Of a stretch of DNA of 64,000 bases, positions 1 to 10,844 are shown piece after piece. The position numbers and the translations under genes were made by a program. The notes below the pieces were generated by a model. It saw only the letters and a list, made by a program, of their open reading frames with translations. It was not told the origin of the DNA and ran no database searches. Source of the stretch: Eledone cirrhosa (taxonomy: Eukaryota); assembly GCA_964016885.1 (NCBI GenBank), contig CAXHJY010001576.1, positions 148,613-212,612 on the forward strand, read 5' to 3'. The number at the start of each line of letters is the position of its first letter. The stretch's first letter is position 1.

Positions 1-114
1 CCAGCGTCCGCCGACGCTGTCAGACGGCATCGGTTTGCCTCTCCACGTTCCGAGTTGCAAACCGACAGACTTGTCCGGGTTCAGTTTTGCTCCTGTGAAC
101 CTTTCGTATTCCTG
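1..114 (-). mobile_element. Tx1/L1-clade LINE ORF2 reverse transcriptase fragment (5'-truncated, runs off window)
   Basis: Minus-strand translation QEYERFTGAKLNPDKSVGLQLGTWRGKPMPSDSVGGRW resembles the RT C-terminal 'Y..xSGAKIN..KS' motif of L1/Tx1 elements. It abuts a (TAGA/TAGG)n tract. Confidence 0.75.
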
Positions 115-252
115 TAGTAGATAGATAGGTAGGTATTTAGGTGAGTATGTAGTTAGATTGTTAGACAGATTACAGACAGTCAGATAGATAGATAGATGGA
201 TAGATAGATGTTTAGGTAGAGTGAGAGAAAATTAGTTAGGTAGAGTAAAGAC

Positions 253-555
253 ACGTAGCCAGTGGTTAAGGTAATTCGTAAGGTTGTGAGTTCGATTCCC
301 GGCGGAGCGTTGTGTCCTTAAGCAAAACACTTTATTCCATGTTGTTTCAGTCCACCCAGCTGGAAAAATGAGTTGTACCTGTAATTCGAAGGACCAGGTT
401 TGTCACATTTTGTGTCATGCTGAATCTCCCTGAGAACAACGTTATGGGTAAACGTTAAAGAAGGCTTACTAATTTGTACGTTAAATTCACGAGCAGGCTG
501 TTCCGATGATCGAAACAACTGGAATATTCCTCGTCGCAACCAACGGAGTGTCAGC
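253..555 (+). mobile_element. tRNA-derived CORE-like SINE, tail type 1
   Basis: A-box-like GTAGCCAGTGGT, B box GAGTTCGATTCC, then TTGTGTCCTTAAGCAAAACACTT (CORE-like). The tail recurs at ~15370-15495, 28030-28175 (-) and 50700-50825. Confidence 0.7.
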
Positions 556-1400
556 TTGGGTCGGTATCTAAGCAGTCGGTAGGTAAGTAGGTACGTGTAT
601 AGTCGTAGGTAGGTAAGTAGGTACGTGTATAGGCTGGAAGGTAGGTAAGTGAATACTAGGTAGGTAGATAGTGATGTAGAATTCGAAGAAAGCAAAGAAA
701 GAAAGAAAGAAGAGGGGAGCGGGAGGGGGAGAGAAAAGGGGGAAGCAAGATCTTATGTAGAGAAGTGAGTAGATGACAGGCTGGCGTGTATTAGGTTGTT
801 TGTAATACGATAGGTTACATACAGATAGATAGAGATAGATAGATAAATAGATAGATAGCTATAGAGAGATGTGGAGAGAAGACAGGGGGAGAGAGAGAGA
901 GTGAGAGGGGGGGGGGAGGCTTTCAAAGCGGAGTTAATGAAGATTGTGTATTAAAGAAATTAATGTAGAAGAAAGGAAAGAACGTTCAGAGAGAAAGAAC
1001 AGAAGGAAGGAAGTAAGAAAGGAAAGAAAGAAGAGAAAAAGAAAGGAAAAGAAGAAACAAAAAAATCTAGAAAGGGGAAAAAACGGTGAGGCCGAGGTTA
1101 GAAACAAAAGACTTGAGATAGAAAGAGGTGTGTAGGGGGGGGGGGGGGGTACACATATCAGTGTAGGAAGAGGGAAAGGATGAGGAGGATTAACGAAGGG
1201 GAATAGATTATAGTTAAGTTAGTGGTGTATTTATTGTTTATTTTAGTTGTTGTTGTCTTTGTTGTTGTTATGGTTGTTTATAGGATAAATAAACAAATAA
1301 ACAACCATAGAAGAGTAAAAATATGAATAAAAAATAACATTCCAGAATATTCGGAGCCATTTTAAACAAAACAGTTTTCAATGAATGTATTTCGTAGTTT

Positions 1401-1446
<46 letters not shown>

Positions 1447-3598
1447 ATAGGAGAAGGGGTTTAATGGTGGTGGTGGTGGTGTCAGAGATGCGGCTGCTGG
1501 AATCGAGCTGTTGTAGAGATAGGTGATGGGGTGCAGGGAAATGCCGGGGTTAGATAGAAAGGGGCTGGTATAGTTGGCAGCAGAAAACTATCGATTTTCT
1601 AACTTTGACAATTCAATTCTTTGTAGAATCCCCGTTTCAGTAATATTCTGTACATTATATATTTTTACAGTTGGTTCCCAATGCTGAACTTATTCAATAG
1701 TCACTCACTTTGTGGCTGGCTCCACAGCGTCAATAATCTAATAACTTAATTCCACTTTATGCCTAACTTTAAAGTGGGAATCAAATCTTTTTGAGGAATG
1801 GGATGGACCTCAGTCGGTTTCGATGGTGCGTTTGTAAAATGGGATTACCTAAATCAGAATATGTCTACAACATCAAAAACTTGTATATTGCCCCTTTAAA
1901 CCCTTTAAATAGTCTTTTTTCGTTTTGCTTTTTTTTTTATTGGCTTTATCATTGGAAGAAAAGCCATCACCCTTTTTCAGTGGCTCAGAGACTGGTTGCG
2001 AGAGAAAAAGAAAACCCCGGAGACCTGTGTCTAAATGTCTGCCACGATGTTGAGTTTGGTAACGGCGCTCAAGTATCAAATGATGGTGTTAAATCGGGTG
2101 ACAGATTTAGTTTACCATTCAAAGGAAGAACGGGCTCTTCAACTGGCTCTTTTATGGGCTTCTAAGCAGTTTCTGCCTACCAAATTTATCTACAGGTCTT
2201 TTGTTCCTTCGAACACGTCACATGCTAGAAAAAAATATGTAACTGCGTTTGGGTCTTTTAATCGACAGGGTGCTGTATATCACAGAGAAGAATAATTAGC
2301 ATGGGATGGGGGTCTCTTGTTTTTGCCAGAATATTTGAAGATGAGTGAAATAGAATGTCTTGAGCCGAGATTCACATGAGTTTAAATATTCTTTCTCTAC
2401 AGTTCGCCACACAAGGAATTAATTTTAATTAATTGTTATACACGTGTGTTTGTCTCTCTCTGTGTGTGTTTACGCTTGTTGTGAGCCTGTGAATGTATGT
2501 GTGAGAGTGGGGATAAATGTTAGTGTGTGGGAAAGAATGTATTGGTGTTTGTGAAACATGTTTATTGTGATGTGACATATATATGAGTCTGCCTGTGTAT
2601 GTGTATGCATGTGTGTATGTGAGAGAAAGAGCAGGAGGGAGGGAGCGTATGTGTGTGGGTTTTATGTGCGTGTGTGTATGTGTGTATGCATGTGTGTGTA
2701 TGTGTGTGTATGTATGTGTGTGTGTGTATGTGTGCGTATAAGCATGTATGCGTGTCTGTTCATGTATAGTTCTTAACATACTGTCCATCCAATTACCGCC
2801 ATTATTATGTTACTAATTTACGATAATGTGAAATACGTTTACTGTGACATCCTATGAAATTAAAACTGAAGATAAATTACATCACATTATCAGATATGTC
2901 AACAGTTTTATTAATTATTTAATAATTAAGATATGAAAGAATATCACAGGAAATGAGAAGTTTTATAATGAATAGCGCAGGAAATACTGTTGGTAGTAGT
3001 GCTTTTAATATTGTTCTTTAATCCAAGATCATCTGACATATTATCAAAGGCATTCAAAATATAACTCTCATTCAAACAGTACACCAGTCCGTCAACGTCC
3101 ATCATATCATCTATTTTTTTGGCGCGAAATTTGTATCATGCTACGCAGAGGAGATGTTGCTAGGCCCTAACTTAACCCTCTAGTTTTTTTTTTTTTTACG
3201 GATAGGAAAACTTTGAGTAGACCCACACAGCCCCTCACAACACAGCTTAACTGATTCTGAGAGGGGGGAGAGTGGGGGAGATTTGCTCCTATGTAAATAA
3301 ACTGATTCTCTATTTATTACCCACCAGACAGAGATGAATACGGAGGGATTTAAACTCAGACGGCTGAAGACGAGAATAAATACTGCAAGGAAACAAATGC
3401 TAATCAGTAATGTTTTTCGCTGCCTTGCTTATGAATCTATCATATTTGGCTTTTTAAAACAAACCTCTTCCCACTTTATGTCTGTTATTTACCGATTATT
3501 GTCTGCTTTACCTGGCATTTTGGGACATAATATTTGTTTCGTAAGGAGATTTGTGATATGTGATTGCAATCTTTGTTGTTGTTCTTCTTCGCCCACGT

Positions 3599-3720
3599 AT
3601 TCCTGAAAGTGTTGTTGGGGCTGAGTCCTCAAACACTCCTTCCAGCGGGTCCTGTCAGAAGCAACCGTCTCCAGCTGATCCGGCTGGAACTCCAAGCGTG
3701 TCCAGCCATAGTTATCCAAC
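3599..3720 (-). mobile_element. RTE-clade (Expander/Rex3-like) LINE 3' fragment
   Basis: Translation GWTRLEFQPDQLETVASDRTRWKECLRT; near-identical to the copy at 18927-19172. Confidence 0.7.
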
Positions 3721-4451
3721 TATCTTGCAATATTTATTGATTTAATAAATCAATTAATTATTCTGAAAATTATTATTGATGTTTGCAAATACATTTCGTT
3801 AAATCGAAACGGGCGTAGAAATTAATAAAATGATTTGATGTTTGCCGAAATGAAATTATTAAGTTCTGTATTTTTCCATAAGAGATTAACACTTTCATGC
3901 ACTTGGTAAGGAACGAGTGTTATACCCACTCCTATTGATCTCCTATATATATATATATATATCGGGGGTTACTTCCCTTTGAGAAAACCTCGTGTCTATA
4001 GCGAAATGTATTGCTAGAACACACCCGCTGAGGCTATAGAACGCAAGACTTGTTGACGAAGTAAATCCCTTGTTCTGTCGTCAAAGGCCATTCATTAACT
4101 TGCAGACCCCTGCAAGCGGAATTAGTCGATCTCGGATTTACAGAAACCAAGCGTGGATGTTGTATGTTATATGTGATGTATATCGTATGCTATACGATAT
4201 GCGTTATGTGTTGCATTCGGTCTCCCGACGATGGTCCAGGTCAGTCAAAAATCTTTCCCTGAGTCCAGTCTTTTTCGTTGCTATGGCAATGCGGCTGGAC
4301 TGCCGATCGCTATATTTGATTTGCAAAGCTGTCTAAACGTATTGTTATAACTCTGGGACATTATTCTCCATCGAGTGCTAAAGCTACATTCCGAATCTGC
4401 ATTCGTTAGCTTAGCCGCAGCCTAAAGCTTCGTTAATGCGGTACTAACATT

Positions 4452-4509
<58 letters not shown>

Positions 4510-5010
4510 CATAAACACACACACATACACACGCACACGTATATATATATTCTAGTATGTTGTCAGTCTATGAAAAAGAAACATTACAATGATGTGCACA
4601 TATTTTTATCGTCAGGTGTTTGCCTCCCGTGAGAGAATAGTACAATCTTACCTAAAGAACTTGATGATAATACACTCGTCAGATGGTTATGGTAGTGGTG
4701 TAAAGTAGAAGAATTGATGGTGAGCCATTGTCCACTTACCTAGAGAGGAAAACAAAGAAATAGTTAGATTGATGTAGTTAACCAATGTGTAAATATAGGT
4801 AACAATCCTATGCACTGTATATGTGTTTGAATGTAAGGATAACTGCACTAGATGTACTTAACGGCAATTGTCTTGAAAGGCAAAGAGATATAAACAACAG
4901 ATCTATGTATGTATGTATGTATGTATGTATGTATGTATGTATGTATGTATGTATGTATGTATGTATGTATGTATGTATGTATGTATGTATCTATTTATCT
5001 ATCTCTCTAT

Positions 5011-5172
5011 AGGAAAAATGTTTAACCCCGACGGCAGAGTTCAAGCCGTCGAAACGGCTTGAGCTCTGCCGTCGGGATTTAAACATTTTCTTATTACCTA
5101 CTCTACTACCCTAAGCATTGAGTACTCTGGTGCGTTATGGTCCATCTGGTTCCTTACCACACCTCCTTCGTT
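5011..5172 (+). mobile_element. Penelope-like terminal remnant: ~35-bp-arm hairpin containing the 3' half of a hammerhead
   Basis: Arms 5015-5049 and 5054-5089 around loop CGAA. GAAA-CGGC-ttgagctct-GCCG-TC-GGG at 5051-5076. The tail CTCTACTACCCTAAG..GAGTACTCTGG recurs at 39900-39956 (-), 49553-49625 (-) and 55097-55140. Confidence 0.6.
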
Positions 5173-5204
5173 ATCTATCTCTCTGTATATATGCTACTGA
5201 ACTT

Positions 5205-5348
<144 letters not shown>

Positions 5349-5369
5349 TTCAGTAGCATATGTATATAG

Positions 5370-5422
<53 letters not shown>

Positions 5423-5578
5423 TAAACAGTGATCGACGATGAGTGGATAATAGCTGGAGAAAGAAATGGCTAATTCGTTAAATTGATATATAAATAAGAT
5501 AAATAGATAAATAGACAAAAGATTAATACGTGTTGGATATATACATATATACATACACACACACTCACACACATACAT

Positions 5579-5641
<63 letters not shown>

Positions 5642-6519
5642 CACACATACATATACACACAGGAAATTATACATAATGAGTGAGAAGAGGGTGAGATAAA
5701 TAAAGGTAAGAGAAGGAAAGCGTGTATGTGCATTAGAGATGAGATGGGATACGCACTCACAGGTAGATTGATAAACATATATAAATAAGGTTTTTGGGTC
5801 TACCAGCTACTAAACTGATATGAATGCCTTATCCGATGAAAACCATTACATTTATGTATGATACATCTCATTCGTAATCTACAATTTCTGTACCTAGGTT
5901 ATAAATTCTCGTTTGCACCTGTAATCATTGCTGCATATGTTTACATTGATAAGGGTTTCAACAATAACAATAATATATTACAGAGGAAGAATATATTTTT
6001 TAAGGCGTACCCTGAACATATCATCTAGAGGCAGAACTGTAAAAATACACAAGACTTCTATAAAGTTTGGCATGTAACGTTATATAGTTGTTGGATTCTA
6101 AATTCCAATGATTGAGGCATTGTTTTATAGTTAGAAACCAGCTTTTTGTTTATATGATAACTTCAAAGGATTATCAAAGAAATCACATTATCATACACAC
6201 ACAATTGCAATCATGCATACATACATACATAATTACATACATACATACAAAATTACACTCATACGTACATGCATACATACATACATAATTACATACATAC
6301 ATACAAAATTACACTCATACGTACATGCATACATACATACATACATGCATACATACATACATACATGAATACCCGTTGCTATCTCCAGCTCCTGTTGGCC
6401 CTTCTACCTTTTCAGGGCTTTATATATCAATATATCATAAGGTAGATTTCTCTAAACAGTCTGGTACGTAGACGCTGTAACTTGTTGAAATGATTAAAGA
6501 AACACAACAGAAGTCAATG

Positions 6520-6561
<42 letters not shown>

Positions 6562-6564
<3 letters not shown>

Positions 6565-7241
6565 TCGTTTGGAAGCCTCGACAATGCAAATGGGTAAATC
6601 TCCGGGTAACAAGATCCGGTGGTGGATAGAGAGAGATGTAAGTGGGTGAACGTTGAGATGCGTGGCGTGTATAAGACGTGTAGAGGAATAAAGGAAAGAG
6701 CATAAAGGATAAAAATAAAAATAACAACACGAGAGAGAGTTCCCTTGGGAGAGATTTAATTGTCCCTATATATTTCGGATTCACATCCATCAACTGGGGT
6801 TTTTTTCCGGTTGTCTGTCGGAAAGGTGCGAAACGCGTCCTCCGCTGTTCGTTGGTTTTAAATTTTGAAATTCAAATTTTGAATTTCAAAACAACGAACA
6901 GCGGAGGACGCGTTTCGCACCTTTCCGACAGACAACCTTTCCCCCACCCCGGAAAAACCCCCAGTTGATGGATGTGATCCGAAATATATAGGGACAATTA
7001 AATCTCTCCCAAGGTAACTCTCTCTCATGTTGTTATTTTTATTTTTATCCTTTACGCTCTTTCCTTCATTCCTCTACACGTCTTATACAAGCCACGCATC
7101 TCAACGTACGCCCACTTACATCTCTCTCTCCACCACCGGATCTTGTTACCCGGAGATTTACCCATTTGCATTGTTGAGGCTTCCAAACGACTTAAAGAAA
7201 TTTACCTTATCATTCCACAATGCTTCAAGCAAACTTCAATA

Positions 7242-7248
<7 letters not shown>
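6562..7248. mobile_element. ~630-bp fold-back (inverted repeat) element flanked by (TA)n, probably Penelope-like pLTR-derived
   Basis: 6562-~6870 is the near-perfect reverse complement of ~6885-7194; centre TTTTGAAATTCAAATTTTGAATTTCAAAA. A single-arm copy lies at 54570-54802. Confidence 0.85.
6958..6993 (+). ncRNA. Variant hammerhead-like motif (core CAGTTGA instead of CTGATGA)
   Basis: CCC-CAGTTGA-T-GGAT gtg ATCC-GAAA-TATAT-A-GGG. Mirrored on the minus strand at ~6763-6800. Confidence 0.4.
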
Positions 7249-7276
<28 letters not shown>

Positions 7277-7279
<3 letters not shown>

Positions 7280-7662
7280 ATCAAAAGATGGTTAAAAGAG
7301 TTCCAAGTATTTTATTATGCGCATTTCAAAAACAAATCTCATCATGATATAGTGAAGTTTTAAATCAATATATGAAAAATAATTTGAGATTGATGTATGA
7401 TATTGGGAAAAAGTGAGGGTGGGGGGGTGGGGGGGGGGGGGAAAGGGTAAGAAAGAGGAGTTTTCCCAATATCATACATCAATCTTAAATTATTTTTCAT
7501 ATGTTGATTTAAAACTTCACTATTCACAATTGTTTTTTAACCTTCATATCATGTATCCCTATTTTATCTGATGAAAACGCAGATATCATCTCATGATGAT
7601 ATTTGTTTTTGAAATGCGCATAATAAAATACTTGGAACTCTTTTAACCATCTTTTGATCTTA
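7277..7662. mobile_element. Fold-back Penelope-like terminal remnant carrying a hammerhead
   Basis: 7277-7410 is the reverse complement of 7461-7662 with an internal deletion. G-rich spacer, TA flanks. A second copy lies at 62885-63200. Confidence 0.8.
7561..7629 (+). ncRNA. Type I hammerhead ribozyme
   Basis: ATTTTAT-CTGATGA-[AAACGCAGATATCATC tcat GATGATATTTGTTTTT]-GAAA-TGCGCA-TA-ATAAAAT: 7-bp stem I, intact core, palindromic stem III, AUA site. Confidence 0.88.
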
Positions 7663-7882
7663 TATATTATGTATACTCCAGTCCTACAAACTGTAGAGTG
7701 GTTCTTATCCGATATTTGCATTGCTTTATTGTACTACAATAAAACTCACCTCCTACATTATATATATATATATATATAAGTAGAAGGGATATTTAATTTG
7801 TTGGAAATTCAACAATATTCAAAAATATAAATGTTTATAACTGATTCAGAGCACTCGACAGCTTTCTGGAGTAAATATTCAA

Positions 7883-7935
<53 letters not shown>

Positions 7936-8088
7936 TATATATATATACATCAAACATACATACACGTATTTTGTGTGTGTGTACATATGTGATGTATATA
8001 TACGAATATATGTGAGTATATATCTATATCTTCATACATACACACGCACACACACTCACTCACACTCACACGCACAGACACACACACA

Positions 8089-8162
<74 letters not shown>

Positions 8163-8345
8163 AATCTAATTGTGAAGCTTTTCCAGTGATTCAATAGCTA
8201 GAAGCTTCGTACCCAAATACACTTATGGATTTGGTAATGCTAGCGACTACGCTCTTTTCCATTCAGAGGGTTTTTTTTAAAACCCCAACTAACAGACTAA
8301 TTCTATTTAGTCAAATACGGCGTAGCACATGTTACTACCTAATTA

Positions 8346-8466
<121 letters not shown>

Positions 8467-9232
8467 TGTGTGTGAATGTCTGTGTGTATGTATGTAACGC
8501 TCTTGACACAATTATATGCGGTCATTTTGGCAGTTCAGGGTGAATGAAAAAAATGATGAAAGACTGTGGATTAAATTGATTAAACAATCTCATGTTTGGA
8601 TGATGAGTTTATGTTAAGCCCCTGAATATTCACAGACATGATCAAGTTAGCGGCTATACCCTGTAGGTAACATGCCCTGACGTCGATGCTAGAATGGACG
8701 GGAACTAGTACAAACAAGTACACAACCGGGATCATGACAACTACCAGGCCACAATCATCTATATCATGTCTATCTAAACCAGAGGTTGTCAAAGTGCCCC
8801 CCCCCCTTCCCCTAGGGTTCGTTGAGAAGGTCCCATGGTCCGTTGGGGAGATGATATAATAGTATATTAAATATTGAATGATACATATTATACATAAATA
8901 TAGTAAAATGAAAAATATATATTTATTTATACATAGTAATTATTGAGTACATGTGTGAGTGTGCGCATATGTGAGCAAAAGATCACACGTTTATATGTGT
9001 GTGTTGATATTTCCATGTAGACGCACATACACTTATGTGAGAATATATACGTTTACGTACTATTACGTATAAGCGTGTGTTTGAGTGTGTGTAAGTTTAT
9101 GTTCTGGATATTTATTTATATATATTTTTTCCCCTCAATTTTTGCCCGTTATTTGATTTCAGCTTCACTTTCATATTTCCTAAATTTTGTTTTCAAATCC
9201 ATATTTAATAAACATTCTTTCTGTTATATGTT

Positions 9233-9296
9233 ATTCTTTCTGACGACTGAAGACAGATATAAATATCTGTCTTCAAGAAACCACTGGTAAATGAAT
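9233..9296 (+). ncRNA. Type I hammerhead ribozyme
   Basis: ATTCTTT-CTGACGA-C-TGAAGACAGATAT aa ATATCTGTCTTCA-A-GAAA-CCACTGG-TA-AATGAAT: perfect 13-bp stem II, GUA site, stem I with one mismatch. Confidence 0.82.
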
Positions 9297-9461
9297 TAAT
9301 TATCTTTTGTTGTTTATTACATAACTATATATATATATAATTATATATTCGTGTACAGATATTTTGGCATACACAATAACAAAATATAAACAAACGTATT
9401 TATTCAACGAGGCTCGATAAGGATACATATATATTAAATATATAAGAACCCTAGAGCAAAT

Positions 9462-9489
9462 CCCGAGCAACGCCGGGCCATTCTGCTAG
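9462..9489 (+). mobile_element. Helitron 3' terminus (hairpin + CTAG)
   Basis: CCCGAGCAACGCCGGG...TGCTAG|T, the same terminus as the elements at 52483-54015. Confidence 0.7.
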
Positions 9490-10034
9490 TTATAGATAAA
9501 TTAACGATTTTATTTATTATATATTATTTACAATTTGCATGTAGACAGGTCGCTCTTGAAATAGGCTTGGGGGCGCTGAAGGTATTACGTGGTCAAAATC
9601 AAAATAATTAGTATGAGGAACATAATGGTAAAATCCCTTGTTAATTATAATTAGGGCTGTACCTATGATACATAAAACTATGAAAAAATAAAAAAAAAAC
9701 ATACAGGCTGTAGCAGGGTTCACAACGCTACGCAGCAAAACAAAATCTAATATGCACAGAGAAAAACATTATCAAGCTAATAGCTCAAAATAAACAGTAA
9801 AATCTTCATACACCACGCATGCCACATCTAATAAGCACCTAATAAAATAACACAACCTGTGCAATATACACTCTACAAGATCAACACAATAAAATAACAC
9901 AAGTCACATACTATACTCAGCAGAAGAAATATTAAATATCACAGTCAGCAGGCTAGAGCCCCAAACAAAGTAAAACTCAAATAGCACACTAACACACATG
10001 GCTATACCCGAGCACACACTTCCATTGACAACCA

Positions 10035-10082
<48 letters not shown>

Positions 10083-10092
10083 CACCACCACC

Positions 10093-10123
<31 letters not shown>

Positions 10124-10135
10124 ATAATAATAATG

Positions 10136-10821
10136 ATTTCATTTATTGGCCACAAGGGCCGACATATAGGGGACAATACAAAAGACTGGGACAGGAGGGT
10201 TTTACAGAAAAATCGAGTAAACAATATGAATAACAATAACAAACTAACAATAACAAAGTAACAATAAAGTAACAATAAAATTACAAGAAAAAATTCCCCA
10301 ATAGGCGTGATGGCCACCTAGGGTCGCTCAGGTACCCCACCAGTCCTGAACGACCCGACGCTTCGAGAGCACCCTGGAAGGGCACCCCTCTCCCCTTCAA
10401 ATTTACCTACCTACAGCCGCATGGACAGAGTAAGCCCACTCACACGGGCCATTCTCGCCACATTCACCCACCTTTCAGCAAATGTACTGAGAGGCAGCAC
10501 TTCTCTCTCCACCCTCAGCTTCCTTTCCAAGTGAAACTTGAAAAAGTTGATGAGGGATTGGCCGAAGAGAAAAGTGTCTGTCTTCAGTCCTTTCAACCTC
10601 GTCCACCATACAACCTCTTTCGCTACTGCCACCAGAAGGCGGCGTGTCGATCTTCACTATGGACTCGGCTGATAGCCGGATCCGTTCTACACGCGACAAC
10701 AGCTGTTCGACACAACTCCACAAGTCAGTAACGCACGGACACTGGACGAGTGCGTGCAGAACGGTTTCGTCGCTCTGCGCGCATCTCGGGCTGGTCCGTC
10801 TGACAGCACTTCCGTCTCCTG
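10136..10821 (-). mobile_element. 5'-truncated Tx1/L1-clade LINE: ORF2 zinc-knuckle C-terminus plus 3' UTR
   Basis: RCAQSDETVLHALVQCPCVTDLW (CCHC, zf-RVT-like), frameshifting to AKEVVWWTRLKG...FAERWVNVARMARVSGLTLSMRL*. 3' end CCCTTGTGGCCAATAAATGAAA. Both flanks read TACTACTACTAATAATAATAAT (TSD-like). Confidence 0.88.
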
Positions 10822-10844
10822 TACTACTACTAATAATAATAATA

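Noticed and set aside
8781-8850. CAGAGGTTGTCAAAGTG hAT-like terminus
   Set aside because: No matching opposite TIR or 8-bp TSD was found.
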